From IMG/VR virus record IMGVR_UViG_3300034358_000008, positions 1 to 64,000 of that record: a stretch of DNA of 64,000 nucleotides; one strand, given 5' to 3'. Under the pieces are notes generated by a model, which saw only the letters and a list, made by a program, of their open reading frames with translations, did no database searches and was not told the DNA's origin. Shown one piece after another: positions 1 through 9,861 of this stretch. The translations under genes were made by a program, and so were the position numbers. Numbering within the stretch: the stretch's first letter is position 1; every line of letters starts with the position of its first letter.

Positions 1-666
1 GATCAACTACAAGATGTAATGGATCAACTAGCTAATGGTCCAGACTCCCGCCGTATCATCGTTTGTGCATGGGACCCACGTCTGGTAGAAGATCAAGCAT
101 TACCGCCGTGCCACTGCTTCTTCCAGTTCTGGACACGTGAACTGAGCTTGGAAGATCGGATCAACGCACTGCAAGATCGCCATGATGCAGAAGACCTACT
201 GATCCCAAGTCGTGGCCAACCACCTGTTCGTACAGTCGAAGCCTTTAAGAGTCGGCTCTGTGTCTGGAATAATCCAGCTATCGTTACCGAAGAGTTCATG
301 CATAACCGTTTAGATCAGGCACAAGCTCCACGCCGCGGTCTGAGCTGCCATCTGTATCAGCGCTCGGTAGATACCTTCCTTGGTAAGCCGTTCAACATCA
401 CGTTCTATTCCCTGATGACTCATCAACTCGCTAACCAGTTCAACATGGCTGCGGAAGAGTTCATTTGGACTGGTGGCGATTGTCACATTTACAATAACCA
501 CCAAGAACAAACTGATCTTCAGTTGACTCGTGAACCGTATGATACTCCACGTATCCTGTTCCAGCCGACGTCGTATGGTAAAGATCAACGTGAGATCACA
601 CCTGATGACTTCGTTATCCTTGGGTATGAGTCCCATCCACACATTGCAGGTAAGGTAGCTGTATGA
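1..666 (+). CDS. thyA: Thymidylate synthase, C-terminal part (gene begins before the window)
   Basis: Catalytic PPCH, YQRSVD, LGKPFN and GGDCHIYNNH motifs; C-terminus ...HPHIAGKVAV; frame open from base 1. Confidence 0.95.
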   Translation, partial: DQLQDVMDQLANGPDSRRIIVCAWDPRLVEDQALPPCHCFFQFWTRELSLEDRINALQDRHDAEDLLIPSRGQPPVRTVEAFKSRLCVWNNPAIVTEEFMHNRLDQAQAPRRGLSCHLYQRSVDTFLGKPFNITFYSLMTHQLANQFNMAAEEFIWTGGDCHIYNNHQEQTDLQLTREPYDTPRILFQPTSYGKDQREITPDDFVILGYESHPHIAGKVAV

Positions 667-1148
667 CCCAACTCTATATCTTCGGTGAAGCGCATAACTC
701 ACCAGAGAACGTAGAGTACATTGCTAACCGTATCCGTGAGATCAAACCTAAGATCATCTTACACGAACTACTCTACAGTGACATTGCTATTACTGATAAG
801 GTGGTCCGTGAGCGTTTGGCACGTTGTGATGGGTCGGGTCCGTGTGATCCAACCCTCAACAAAGATATCTATGAATTGGGTCTAGAGATTAAAGCCCAGT
901 TGATTGGTATAGATACGGGAACACAAGCTAGTGATTTACGTACTCAGTTCTTGCACCGTGAACGTCATATGACCTCAATGATCGACCGGTATCGTAGCAA
1001 GTCTGGTCCAGTCGTTGTAGTTGTAGGCGATGCACATTTAAGAGAGAAGTTTAATCCTGTAATGGGTTACCCCTCTGAGATACAGCAACGTTTTGCAGGT
1101 ATAGCTGTAATTGAACGTGCTCCGGCACATTTACGAGAAGCTGAATAA
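663..1148 (+). CDS. Putative TraB/Tiki/ChaN-fold metal-dependent hydrolase
   Basis: GEAH near the N-terminus, LHELL, RERHM and VVVVVGDAHL match the superfamily pattern; ATGA overlap with thyA. Confidence 0.5.
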   Translation: MTQLYIFGEAHNSPENVEYIANRIREIKPKIILHELLYSDIAITDKVVRERLARCDGSGPCDPTLNKDIYELGLEIKAQLIGIDTGTQASDLRTQFLHRERHMTSMIDRYRSKSGPVVVVVGDAHLREKFNPVMGYPSEIQQRFAGIAVIERAPAHLREAE

Positions 1149-1381
1149 TGACACTTACCCGTCGTGAAATCATAGCTCAGAAAATTCATTACAAGGTTCC
1201 ACTGACTTTGGATGATCGGGTGTATTACCACGAGGTTAAAATTATGCCTCCGTTTGCATTGAACACTGAACCGTTCCTACAAACGGCTCAAGACGTCAAA
1301 GACTTCTTTCAGAAACGTGGTCGTACATACACTGATGAGAGTATCGCTGAATGGCTTGATGGTCAGAACGTACCTAAGTAA
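1148..1381 (+). CDS. Hypothetical protein
   Basis: 77-aa ORF coupled to the previous stop codon and followed by a terminator. Confidence 0.7.
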   Translation: MTLTRREIIAQKIHYKVPLTLDDRVYYHEVKIMPPFALNTEPFLQTAQDVKDFFQKRGRTYTDESIAEWLDGQNVPK

Positions 1382-1384
1382 CTT

Positions 1385-1408
1385 AAGGGTTCCTTCGGGG
1401 ACCCTTTT
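1385..1408 (+). terminator. Intrinsic terminator
   Basis: aagggtTCCTTCGGGGacccTTTT: hairpin with a cUUCGg loop and a U-tract. Confidence 0.85.
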
Positions 1409-1431
1409 CTATTTCGCTATTGGAGTTTACA

Positions 1432-2871
1432 ATGTCTGCTGTTAAATACCGTGCTGTTAAAGAAGACACCCGTGCATTGGTTCGAGTTGTTAAAGTTGAC
1501 TCGATCAAACCTATTAAGAAAGCTGACTTCGTTGAGTTGGCTATCATCGGTGGTTGGCAATGTGTAGTTAAGAAAGGTGAGTTCCAAGCAGGTAGTCTAG
1601 CTCTGTACGCAGAGATCGATGCCTTGTTGCCAGTGTCCAATCCGGTTTGGGCTTTCTTGGGTGAACGTAAAGAAGGTCAGAAGACTTTTGACGGTGTGCT
1701 CTACTCGCGTATCCGTACTGTGAAACTACGCGGTGAAGTATCGCAAGGCCTACTTACCCCACTCCCAGCAGAATGGGTAGGTAAGAAAGATATGGAAGGC
1801 GCCAACATGACTAACATCATGGGTGTCCGTAAGTTGGAAGAAGAGATCTTGAATACAGATGGTTTTGACGGTCGTCTGAATCGTGAAGGTCCGGTAAGCT
1901 GGTGGGAACGTCTGGTACGTATTGTAGCGGGTAAACCTGCTCCTTCGTTGTTCCGTCCATTCCCTTCGCAGATCTCCAAGTCTGAACAACAACGCGTGCA
2001 GAACATCGGTCACCATTACGCAGCAGCTGCTGAAGCTGATGAACTGTTTGAAGAAACCGTTAAGGCTGATGGTCAATCGATGACGGTCTATAGCTTCCAA
2101 GATATGGATGAAGCTGGACCAGTTAATCGTTATGGTGTTTGCTCGCGTAACTATGACATGGGTCTTGAAGATATCACCTTCACTTGGGAACAAGCCTTCC
2201 GTCGTTTCATTGCACAGAACATGCTTACCCTGAGTGGCGGGTCTTACGGTTTCTATCGCACAGCTCTGTACCTTAAGAGCCAAGTCGATCTAGGTGTAGT
2301 TAAACCACTCGATGCACTGAAAGAACTGTTCGGTAAACGTTACTACTGGTTCGTCCCGTTCATCAAGACATTGCGCGCTATGGATGACAACTGTGTTAAC
2401 TTTGCTCTGACTCGCGGTGTGTTGTCGGCTGTGGCCAAGTACAACGTTGCTAACAATGATGTCATCACGGTCCAAGGTGAGTTGTTCGGTCCAGGCATTC
2501 AAAAGAACTACGAACGCCCTGCTGACAAACGATTCGCAGTATATCAGGTTTACCGTAATGGTAAGCTGTGGGTTGCTCCAGCTGAAGCCCGTGAAATCGT
2601 CGCCGCTATGGGTCTGGAATACATCCATGTACTGTGTGCAGCAACCGTACTACCAAAGAGCCTTAAAGACGTGTTAGCTAGCGCCAAAGGTAAAGGTGTC
2701 TACGCTGAACGCGACCCAGAAACGAATGAGATTCCTGAAGTAAGACGCGAAGGTATCGTATTCAAATCCACTACTCGTGATTTCTCTTTCAAGGTAATCT
2801 CGAATGAATACCTGTTGTTGAAAGAGAAGGAAGCTGATGCTGAAGAGGCTACTGAAGTTGAGCCAAGTTGA
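1432..2871 (+). CDS. RNA ligase, DRB0094/Rnl5 family
   Basis: N-terminal GGWQCVVKKGEF...KLRGEVSQGLL domain; nucleotidyltransferase motifs KADGQS, VQGELFG, REGIVFK and FKVISNEYL; SD GGAG before ATG 1432. Confidence 0.88.
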   Translation: MSAVKYRAVKEDTRALVRVVKVDSIKPIKKADFVELAIIGGWQCVVKKGEFQAGSLALYAEIDALLPVSNPVWAFLGERKEGQKTFDGVLYSRIRTVKLRGEVSQGLLTPLPAEWVGKKDMEGANMTNIMGVRKLEEEILNTDGFDGRLNREGPVSWWERLVRIVAGKPAPSLFRPFPSQISKSEQQRVQNIGHHYAAAAEADELFEETVKADGQSMTVYSFQDMDEAGPVNRYGVCSRNYDMGLEDITFTWEQAFRRFIAQNMLTLSGGSYGFYRTALYLKSQVDLGVVKPLDALKELFGKRYYWFVPFIKTLRAMDDNCVNFALTRGVLSAVAKYNVANNDVITVQGELFGPGIQKNYERPADKRFAVYQVYRNGKLWVAPAEAREIVAAMGLEYIHVLCAATVLPKSLKDVLASAKGKGVYAERDPETNEIPEVRREGIVFKSTTRDFSFKVISNEYLLLKEKEADAEEATEVEPS

Positions 2872-3123
2872 TCCCGATAGTCACCCTAAGTTCTTCCGTA
2901 CTTCATGGGATGCGATCAATAAGGAATTACAATCGTTACTGAAGAAGCAGTTCGAATACGCTGATCCTAATACGGTCTTGATAAACCTGAAATTCGATCA
3001 GTACACTTCGAACATGCTTCACGCATTGAGCGATAAACCATTCGGCATTGGAGAGCAAATTGAGTCCATCAATGTGGATAAAGATTTCTCGTCAATCAAG
3101 GTTAAATTCAAAGGACCTGCTCC

Positions 3124-3435
3124 ATGGATAACCCGATAATCTGCATTACTGGACATGAGTCAATGCCCATTTTCATTAAAGAAGAAATATACACCCCACG
3201 AGTTATACTTGTGGGTGGTGATAGTGGCGTGTCACCCAGTCTAATGGAAACGCTCATGAAGGCAGAGATTACTGCACGGGATATCGATTACGACTGGATG
3301 GGTCCTGATCCAATACAGGATGACTTTATACCCGAATCAGATTGTAAGCTAGATCATGGCGAACGGACTAACTACAAACTCAAAGACCAACCATTCTACA
3401 TGCGCGGTCGTAATGGTAAGATGCGAGGTTACTGA
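3124..3435 (+). CDS. Hypothetical protein with C-terminal KLKDQPFY..GKMR.Y module (paralog 1)
   Basis: Last 27 aa are 21/27 identical to those of the 3919-4110 product. Confidence 0.75.
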   Translation: MDNPIICITGHESMPIFIKEEIYTPRVILVGGDSGVSPSLMETLMKAEITARDIDYDWMGPDPIQDDFIPESDCKLDHGERTNYKLKDQPFYMRGRNGKMRGY

Positions 3436-3932
3436 TGGCGCTGTTCCAGAAGGTTGAACATATTGAATACCCTGTTGTGGATGAGAATCTCACTACGTAC
3501 CTGACTGATGACGAAGCTGAGTATACTCTCAGAAGTGCTGCTTCCCTCATGGTGCAGAATAAGGTGTACGAGGCTATCCAACAAGCGGTAGACCAATACC
3601 GGAACGTAGAAGAAATCACGTATAAACAAATCGATGATCTCAAGTTCGGAAATGATTTCGTTTTCTGTGGTACGACGGAATCTATATTTCTGATGGGTGC
3701 TGGCTTAGAAGCTAATCAGATCTTCGCAAGCCGGCATTGTGGGATGGATGGTAAGATTATCGTCCTGTCACTGAAAGATCGTAGTAAGATATTGGAATAC
3801 AACATGGTTATTACTGACGCCATAGTTCCCGGTCAGATCGACCTCAATCTTAAGATGAAGTTCTTCCTTGAGTCCACTGCGGGTAAGGTTTACAAAATCG
3901 ATTATAAGGGGTTTGAAGATGAACATGTTTAA
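3435..3932 (+). CDS. Hypothetical protein
   Basis: 165-aa ORF, translationally coupled to its neighbours. Confidence 0.75.
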   Translation: MALFQKVEHIEYPVVDENLTTYLTDDEAEYTLRSAASLMVQNKVYEAIQQAVDQYRNVEEITYKQIDDLKFGNDFVFCGTTESIFLMGAGLEANQIFASRHCGMDGKIIVLSLKDRSKILEYNMVITDAIVPGQIDLNLKMKFFLESTAGKVYKIDYKGFEDEHV

Positions 3933-4110
3933 TTTCGGTATCCGGCATAAAAAATCAGGGGAAGAGAAACTCCGTGATCTTTGCGGTATTCACTGGGGTA
4001 GCGCTTATAAAGGTGAGATGAAGAATGATCACAACGAGCGTACGAACCGTAAGCTGAAAGATCAACCTTTCTACCACCGTGGTAGCAAGGGCAAAATGCG
4101 TAATTATTAA
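3919..4110 (+). CDS. Hypothetical protein with C-terminal KLKDQPFY..GKMR.Y module (paralog 2)
   Basis: Shares its C-terminus with 3124-3435; start at 3919 or 3925. Confidence 0.75.
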   Translation: MNMFNFGIRHKKSGEEKLRDLCGIHWGSAYKGEMKNDHNERTNRKLKDQPFYHRGSKGKMRNY

Positions 4111-4590
4111 GGGGGTTACAATGGGTGAGCCCCAAATAAACTTTGATCTAGAGCGAATGAAAACTTCGATTGAATCAGGAACTATTTCCTTACCTCGAGG
4201 CATGACACATCAGCAGCGCCGACAGTTCGTTCGTGACCACTTAAAGGACAACCTACCCAAAGGCCCGTCCCCTGAAGAAATCGTAAGAGGGTTAGTACAT
4301 GGCTAAGGCAGTACGACATAAAAGTGGTGTGTGGATGCAGGAGGGTACGACTGGTTGGGAAAAGCATCATCACCCACCAGTCCAGATGAAAGTACCGAAT
4401 GCTCCACAATCTCTCGACCAGTATATGGACGAACTTGATAAGAAGTGGCGTAAAGCTGAAGGGCGACTTCCCGTTAAGGATCTTGACGAACGTGGGTTAA
4501 TGCTTGAAGGTAGAATCCCATGGGACCCAGTGCGACTAAAAGAACTCACCACTCAATTGTATGAAACTCCCAACTAAAAAGGTATTGACT

Positions 4591-4692
4591 ATGAAAGATG
4601 AACATGGTGTAGGCGAAGGTATCGGTGCTGAAGAAGTCGGCTTCGGTGAAAGCATTGGTACTGGTGCAGGTGAAGAGTATGAAGGTCTCTAA
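4591..4692 (+). CDS. 33-aa Gly/Glu-rich micropeptide (not in the ORF track)
   Basis: AAGG SD, then MKDEHGVGEGIGAEEVGFGESIGTGAGEEYEGL*; codons match highly expressed phage genes (ggt, gaa). Confidence 0.65.
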   Translation: MKDEHGVGEGIGAEEVGFGESIGTGAGEEYEGL

Positions 4693-4784
4693 GTATGAAG
4701 AATACGAAGGCTTCTAGTCATGGAGATTATTTAATCATACGCTAGCCTCTCATTTCGAGGGGCGCGTCATGATAGGTAATCTGT

Positions 4785-5069
4785 ATGTCGTTCGACAAAG
4801 TAACTCGTCGTGTTAATCGTGTCCAAGCTAATCGCGTAATCCGTAATCAGACTGCTATCTGGTCTTTGTATAACGAACAACGTTGGTTGGAATCACAGAA
4901 GCCTCGTAGCTTCAGCAAAGGTAAGGCTATGAACTGTAGCTGCCGTATTTGCCGTGGTTGGGACAAAGATGGACGGCGCCACCGTTACAATTATCAGTTG
5001 GAGAAAGCCGGTATGCACAAATACGATGAGCGTCCTGATATCATCACTCAAGAAGAAGATTGGATCTAA
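4785..5069 (+). CDS. Small basic protein with a CSCRIC motif
   Basis: 94-aa ORF followed by terminator 5072-5093. Confidence 0.7.
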   Translation: MSFDKVTRRVNRVQANRVIRNQTAIWSLYNEQRWLESQKPRSFSKGKAMNCSCRICRGWDKDGRRHRYNYQLEKAGMHKYDERPDIITQEEDWI

Positions 5070-5115
5070 ATGAGTCCCTTCGGGGACTCTTTTATTTTGT
5101 CTAGAGGAAACTACA

Positions 5116-5538
5116 ATGCCACAACAGAAATATTCATGGAATACCCGCTGGTATCGTTTCAAGAATAAGTGGACTCACTTTTGGAATAACATTGGCTTCT
5201 GTGCGCTACTGATGTTCTTCTGGTTACTGCACGTCTTAATCTTAGGTTGGTTTCAGTATCTCTTCTATCCGAAGGCTTATGTTATCAAGGCTCGCTATAT
5301 CCTAGAAGACGTTGATAACGACCCACGTGAGCGTCCTAACCACGAATTCTGGTGGAACCGTCACAACTGTAATGCTGCAAAGAAAGCTGCTGCAATGAAT
5401 GAACCAGAGTCATATGTTCAATTCACCGAACGGGTTCACCCATTCTTTCTGGATAGTGAAATCTTCTACGTGCGTTCCAAAGGGTATAAGGCTCGTTGGA
5501 TTGATGACGATGAAAAAGTCTACCCACAATCCAAATGA
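5116..5538 (+). CDS. Hypothetical membrane protein
   Basis: Hydrophobic segment IGFCALLMFFWLLHVLILGWFQYLF; GAGG SD. Confidence 0.7.
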   Translation: MPQQKYSWNTRWYRFKNKWTHFWNNIGFCALLMFFWLLHVLILGWFQYLFYPKAYVIKARYILEDVDNDPRERPNHEFWWNRHNCNAAKKAAAMNEPESYVQFTERVHPFFLDSEIFYVRSKGYKARWIDDDEKVYPQSK

Positions 5539-5574
5539 TCTGCAATACCCATTCAATCGTAATAAGGTAATTCC

Positions 5575-6210
5575 ATGACTACCGATACTCCCGTTCAACG
5601 TATCAAGATTGGCCCAAACCAAGTGTTCCGTTTGGTACAGCTGTTGCCTAAAGATCTACAGGCTAAGTTTACCAAAGAAGCGTATACTGATGTAGTGCAT
5701 GACACTGCTGAGTTCGTACCTGAACCTGAACGTAAGTATGACCATCCACTGGGGCTGGAGTGGTTGACCAAACACAAGATTCCTAATACCGTAGAAGAGT
5801 TGGAAGAACAACGTCAATACGTTTTCCAAACCATGGTAAGTGGTTCTGACACCTACAACGTCGGTCAGTTCTTTGTGGTGTTCCCACGTATCGTTTACGC
5901 CAGTAACGATCTGAAGGATAACCTGTTGGTCGTAGAGGTAATGGATGAACTTGAGTTCCCTCCAATGCCTGATATGAAAGTGGCATACACTGACGAAATG
6001 CGTAAAGCTAACTGGCAAGACGAAGCTACTATCGCTCTGCGAGCTGCACTGCAATCGTACGTCGTCCAAGGCAAGATCAAGATTCATGATGCTGGCTTCC
6101 GTATGTACTCGAGTACGGACATGTATCAGTTCCAAGAACGTTACATTGATCCTGAAGCTGAAGTACTGAGTTTCAAGGATGCTGTTCGTCGTCATCGTCA
6201 GAGCAACTAA
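5575..6210 (+). CDS. Hypothetical protein
   Basis: 211-aa ORF, AAGG SD, followed by a hairpin. Confidence 0.75.
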   Translation: MTTDTPVQRIKIGPNQVFRLVQLLPKDLQAKFTKEAYTDVVHDTAEFVPEPERKYDHPLGLEWLTKHKIPNTVEELEEQRQYVFQTMVSGSDTYNVGQFFVVFPRIVYASNDLKDNLLVVEVMDELEFPPMPDMKVAYTDEMRKANWQDEATIALRAALQSYVVQGKIKIHDAGFRMYSSTDMYQFQERYIDPEAEVLSFKDAVRRHRQSN

Positions 6211-6356
6211 TAAAGGAGGGGCTTAGACCCCTCTGATTAATCGTGAGCTGAATATGAGAATCTTCACTAGCCTGATCATTGCAACTTTAATTACAGTCGG
6301 TTTCGGTATCGCTCTAAACCAAACCGTTATTACAAATCATCAATTGGAGCGAGCTA

Positions 6357-7960
6357 ATGAGTAGCCAACCAAAAATTCATACTGAACTCTTGCAACGCCA
6401 GTTGGGAGAGTTGTTTAAAGCCGTGAATGATCGCGGTATTCACCGTAGCAAGTTCAATGACTTCAAACCACTAGTCGTTAATGACGTAGAGGGTATTACT
6501 TATACCCATGACTTCGTAGACGCTAGCAAACAACGGTCACGAGCCACTATCCAAGTACTGGTAGGGCCTCGCCGTTTCCTGTTTAACCAGAACTACAACT
6601 TCGGTGTGATGCTCTCCCAAGAGACACTAATGATGTTGAAGGAAGACTCATTGGATCGCAATCCACATGTGTTGTTGGAATACCTCACTGACGAGACGGT
6701 TGACGAAGAACTACGTAAGACTACAATGATTGAATTCGAATACGCGATCAGCCTCGCAACTGAAAGCATTGCAACTAATCTCGCTAACTTGGGGTAACCA
6801 ATGGATCGCACTATCGAAAGATTGATGACTCAGGCTATCACTGGTGCACGTAATGCTACGTCGCTAGCTGATGACCTAGAAACAATGTTCGAAATGTGGA
6901 CAGGTTACATGATAGATCGATTGGGGGAGCAAGTCTTCCTCAGTCGTCTTCAGACCTTCGACGATCGAACCTTTAACTTGGATGGGTACCAACCCACCAT
7001 TATGCCGGTTGCCATGAACATGATTGATGGAATGACTTCAATTGGTCTAGACGTCATAAAGCCAAACCCTAACAGCTATGATCCAGAATCGGACGTAATG
7101 CTGTTGGAAGAAGCTAAGAATACGTTGTGGCTGCTGTTTACTGTGACTGAACAAGGGCATCCTTTTAAGGGGCTCCGTTATGTCTGCGGTTACCGTAACC
7201 AAGAGATCACCCTGACTATGGATGATCCAATGTTCTCGGCTACCTATAGCGAAGAAGAATGTCAGTTTGGATGCCGTGGTATCTACATTGATAAGAAAGA
7301 ACGTTTCCTCCGTAGCGTACGTAAGGATATCTTCGAATGAACGACCAAGAACTGATTGACCGTATCCGTAAGATCGCTTTGACTAAAGGTCATACGGCGA
7401 ACTGTCTCCCTAAACTGGGTACCATCCAAGCAGTGGCTAATATTGTTATTGGCGCTAGGGCTATCGATGCAATGGCTAACTTCGGTTATGCAGCTAACCC
7501 ATGGGATGCATCATTTGCAGTCGGTCAGATCATGGCCTTGTTCGATGATGCTCCTGCTTTGATCAGTGCGTCCATGCTGATCAAATGTGTTGAGAGTATG
7601 ACGACCACACCGCTCCAGTTCAACAACTGGATTACGATGTGCATGAAACTCGATAGCGCTATGTTACCGAAGATCATGCATAACTACTCTGAGGTGGTTA
7701 AGAAAGTCCATGGTAATGTTGGACCAGAGCTAGCCAATATCAACACGGTAATTAACATCTACGAACTCGTCCATGTATTGAACGCTTTCGAAGGCATTGG
7801 TCCAAACGAACAACCTGACCCTATCTACAATGGGGTTATCCGACGCCATAGCCAAGACCGTATGGGGTTACGTCCTAGTCATCCAGTTATGGAAAACATT
7901 CATCTTGAACTCTTGAACGAATTGCGTGATCGCAATGGAGGTGTAAAGCATGCTGCGTAG
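6357..7960 (+). other. Three consecutive hypothetical CDS (6357-6797, 6801-7340, 7337-7960)
   Basis: Tightly packed or overlapping ORFs of 146, 179 and 207 aa; no recognisable motif. Confidence 0.7.
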
Positions 7961-8291
7961 AATCTTTGCTGTCCTCGTAATCCTCGCCTTCGTAGGCTGT
8001 ACGCCTTCTTATGCAGAACCCGTAACACTTAACACATCCGCGTGTAAAGTTGTCTACAAAGCCTCACAGGCCGCCATAAAGGACTTCCGTGCAGGGAAGA
8101 CCCAGTTTGATGTGATGGGTAAGCTAAATAACCAACCGACTAGTTATTGGGACGGTAGTACGGGTGCAAAAGTCTACACTCAAGTCATCGTTATTGACTT
8201 GATGAAGAACGTACACAAAGGTTTTAAGGATGAACAGATCCTTAAGACGGTTAATGAGGCTTGTCTAGACAATATCAGTAAAGCACTTTAA
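7950..8291 (+). CDS. Putative exported protein with signal peptide and two mature-region Cys
   Basis: MLRRIFAVLVILAFVGCTPSYA signal-like N-terminus. Confidence 0.6.
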   Translation: MLRRIFAVLVILAFVGCTPSYAEPVTLNTSACKVVYKASQAAIKDFRAGKTQFDVMGKLNNQPTSYWDGSTGAKVYTQVIVIDLMKNVHKGFKDEQILKTVNEACLDNISKAL

Positions 8292-8309
8292 CACATTTTA
8301 TTTCACATT

Positions 8310-8317
8310 TATATTAC
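8310..8317 (+). promoter_or_regulatory. phiKZ-type early promoter motif TATATTAC
   Basis: Exact motif in an AT-rich intergenic gap upstream of 8333. Confidence 0.7.
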
Positions 8318-8332
8318 TCAGGTAGAATCCAA

Positions 8333-9257
8333 ATGAAAGAGAAAGCAGTTCTTCACGGTAACTGGATTTACGATCGTAATGATGGCTGGCATCTAGCAGT
8401 CTATCCAATCGTAACCATCATGCCTCGACCAGGTGAACCACCACTATACAGTTCTTTTGTATTGGTGCAGTCCGAAGTACTGAATACAATCGGTACTCCA
8501 ACTGATGCTATCGAACGGATGTTTAGTTCGACCGCTCCACCCGTATCCAACATGACACTGTATAACCTCGGGGTAGTGGAAGACGAGCATAGCTGTGAGG
8601 AACTGGATCTGTTCCTAGTTTGTCCTACAGCCGACATGTCCCATAGTCCAACGCATTCGTGTATTGTTCAGGAAGGTTACATGTACGTCGAAGATCTTGG
8701 CATCGATGATACGGATGAACAACTGGACTGGCAAATCTATCAGGCACTCCAACGTTTGGAAGCACCCCACATTCTAACCTGTAGCCCAAAGGTGTGACAT
8801 GCAAACTAACTATAAGTCGGTAATGTTCAAACGAATCGTTAACGTCAAGTGGTTAATAGAAGCGTTTAAGACTTTCCCTGCTGTACTCAAACGGAAACAA
8901 CGTAAGTACTTGCTGGACAAACCGTATTTCAAAATACCATTCGATCAACAGGGTCCAGCATTGTTGGCCAATGAAACTGGCTTATGGCAGGTACAAGTAA
9001 AGCATGGCGATACTGAGGAAATCACAGGTATGTGGTTTGTTGACGTTACCCATGACTACAGCATGCGCCCTGAGAACTGGTACGATGGTAAAATACGAAT
9101 CGTCCGAGTCAGTAAGGATAAGTTCATGTTACTGAACTTCCCACCGATCTACTATTCCAGTGAAGCACCCGCACAACTTTACCTCGTGATCAAATCGCAT
9201 ATCGAACACGAAGGCCGTAGTATTAACCTTAGACCAGAAGTGAATGGTGACTTATGA
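8333..9257 (+). other. Two hypothetical CDS (8333-8797, 8799-9257)
   Basis: Coupled ORFs downstream of the early promoter. Confidence 0.7.
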
Positions 9258-9607
9258 GTATTTATTTTGAAGGCAATGGTAATCCAAAAGCCGTTGGTAT
9301 TAGCGAAGCACGTGACCAATTCATCTATGCTCTCAAAGAGATGCGTGATGAAGCATTGAACGATCCATACCTCGATGCGTATGAGGACTCTGCTGCACGT
9401 GATACCGCTGTAGCCAATAAGATCATTGGTGGCGTGTTGGGCGTACTGGATGGTAACTCCACCCACTTCCCTGCAATGAACTTGCTCCCATACGTTTCCG
9501 AAGAGGACGTTACTGCTGCTAAAGAAGCCGGCGCTGATTACTTCGACAGCGGTAGTGGCGACATCGGTCAAGGTCTGCAAGAGTACTGGAATCTGGTGAA
9601 CTCTTAA
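9254..9607 (+). CDS. Small acidic protein, family member 1 of 8
   Basis: IIGGVLGVLD core and C-terminal LQEYWNLVNS. Confidence 0.75.
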   Translation: MSIYFEGNGNPKAVGISEARDQFIYALKEMRDEALNDPYLDAYEDSAARDTAVANKIIGGVLGVLDGNSTHFPAMNLLPYVSEEDVTAAKEAGADYFDSGSGDIGQGLQEYWNLVNS

Positions 9608-9861
9608 TGGCCAGTCTAGAACAAGACGTCTTGTTTACGATCTTCGGTGAACTAGATGACCTCCGCGATACATTGATAAAGGATAGCCCTAGACTTACGC
9701 CTACGCAACTAATCGAAGCTGCTATCATGCGTACAGCAGATGTCATTGAAGGATGCTTCGAGTTGAAGGCCATCGGGGTATGTGAATCCAATGGTGATCC
9801 ACATTGGTGTAAAGGTATCGCTGTGGAATGCAACCGTTATTGGTCTGAGGTAAGTACATGA
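9607..9861 (+). CDS. Small acidic protein, family member 2 of 8
   Basis: AAIMRTADVIE core and C-terminal RYWSEVST. Confidence 0.75.
   Translation: MASLEQDVLFTIFGELDDLRDTLIKDSPRLTPTQLIEAAIMRTADVIEGCFELKAIGVCESNGDPHWCKGIAVECNRYWSEVST

Noticed and set aside
4591-4692. Resemblance of the micropeptide (EEVG...GEEY) to alpha-tubulin C-terminal tails
   Set aside because: Low-complexity Gly/Glu composition explains the match, and there is no evidence of homology.
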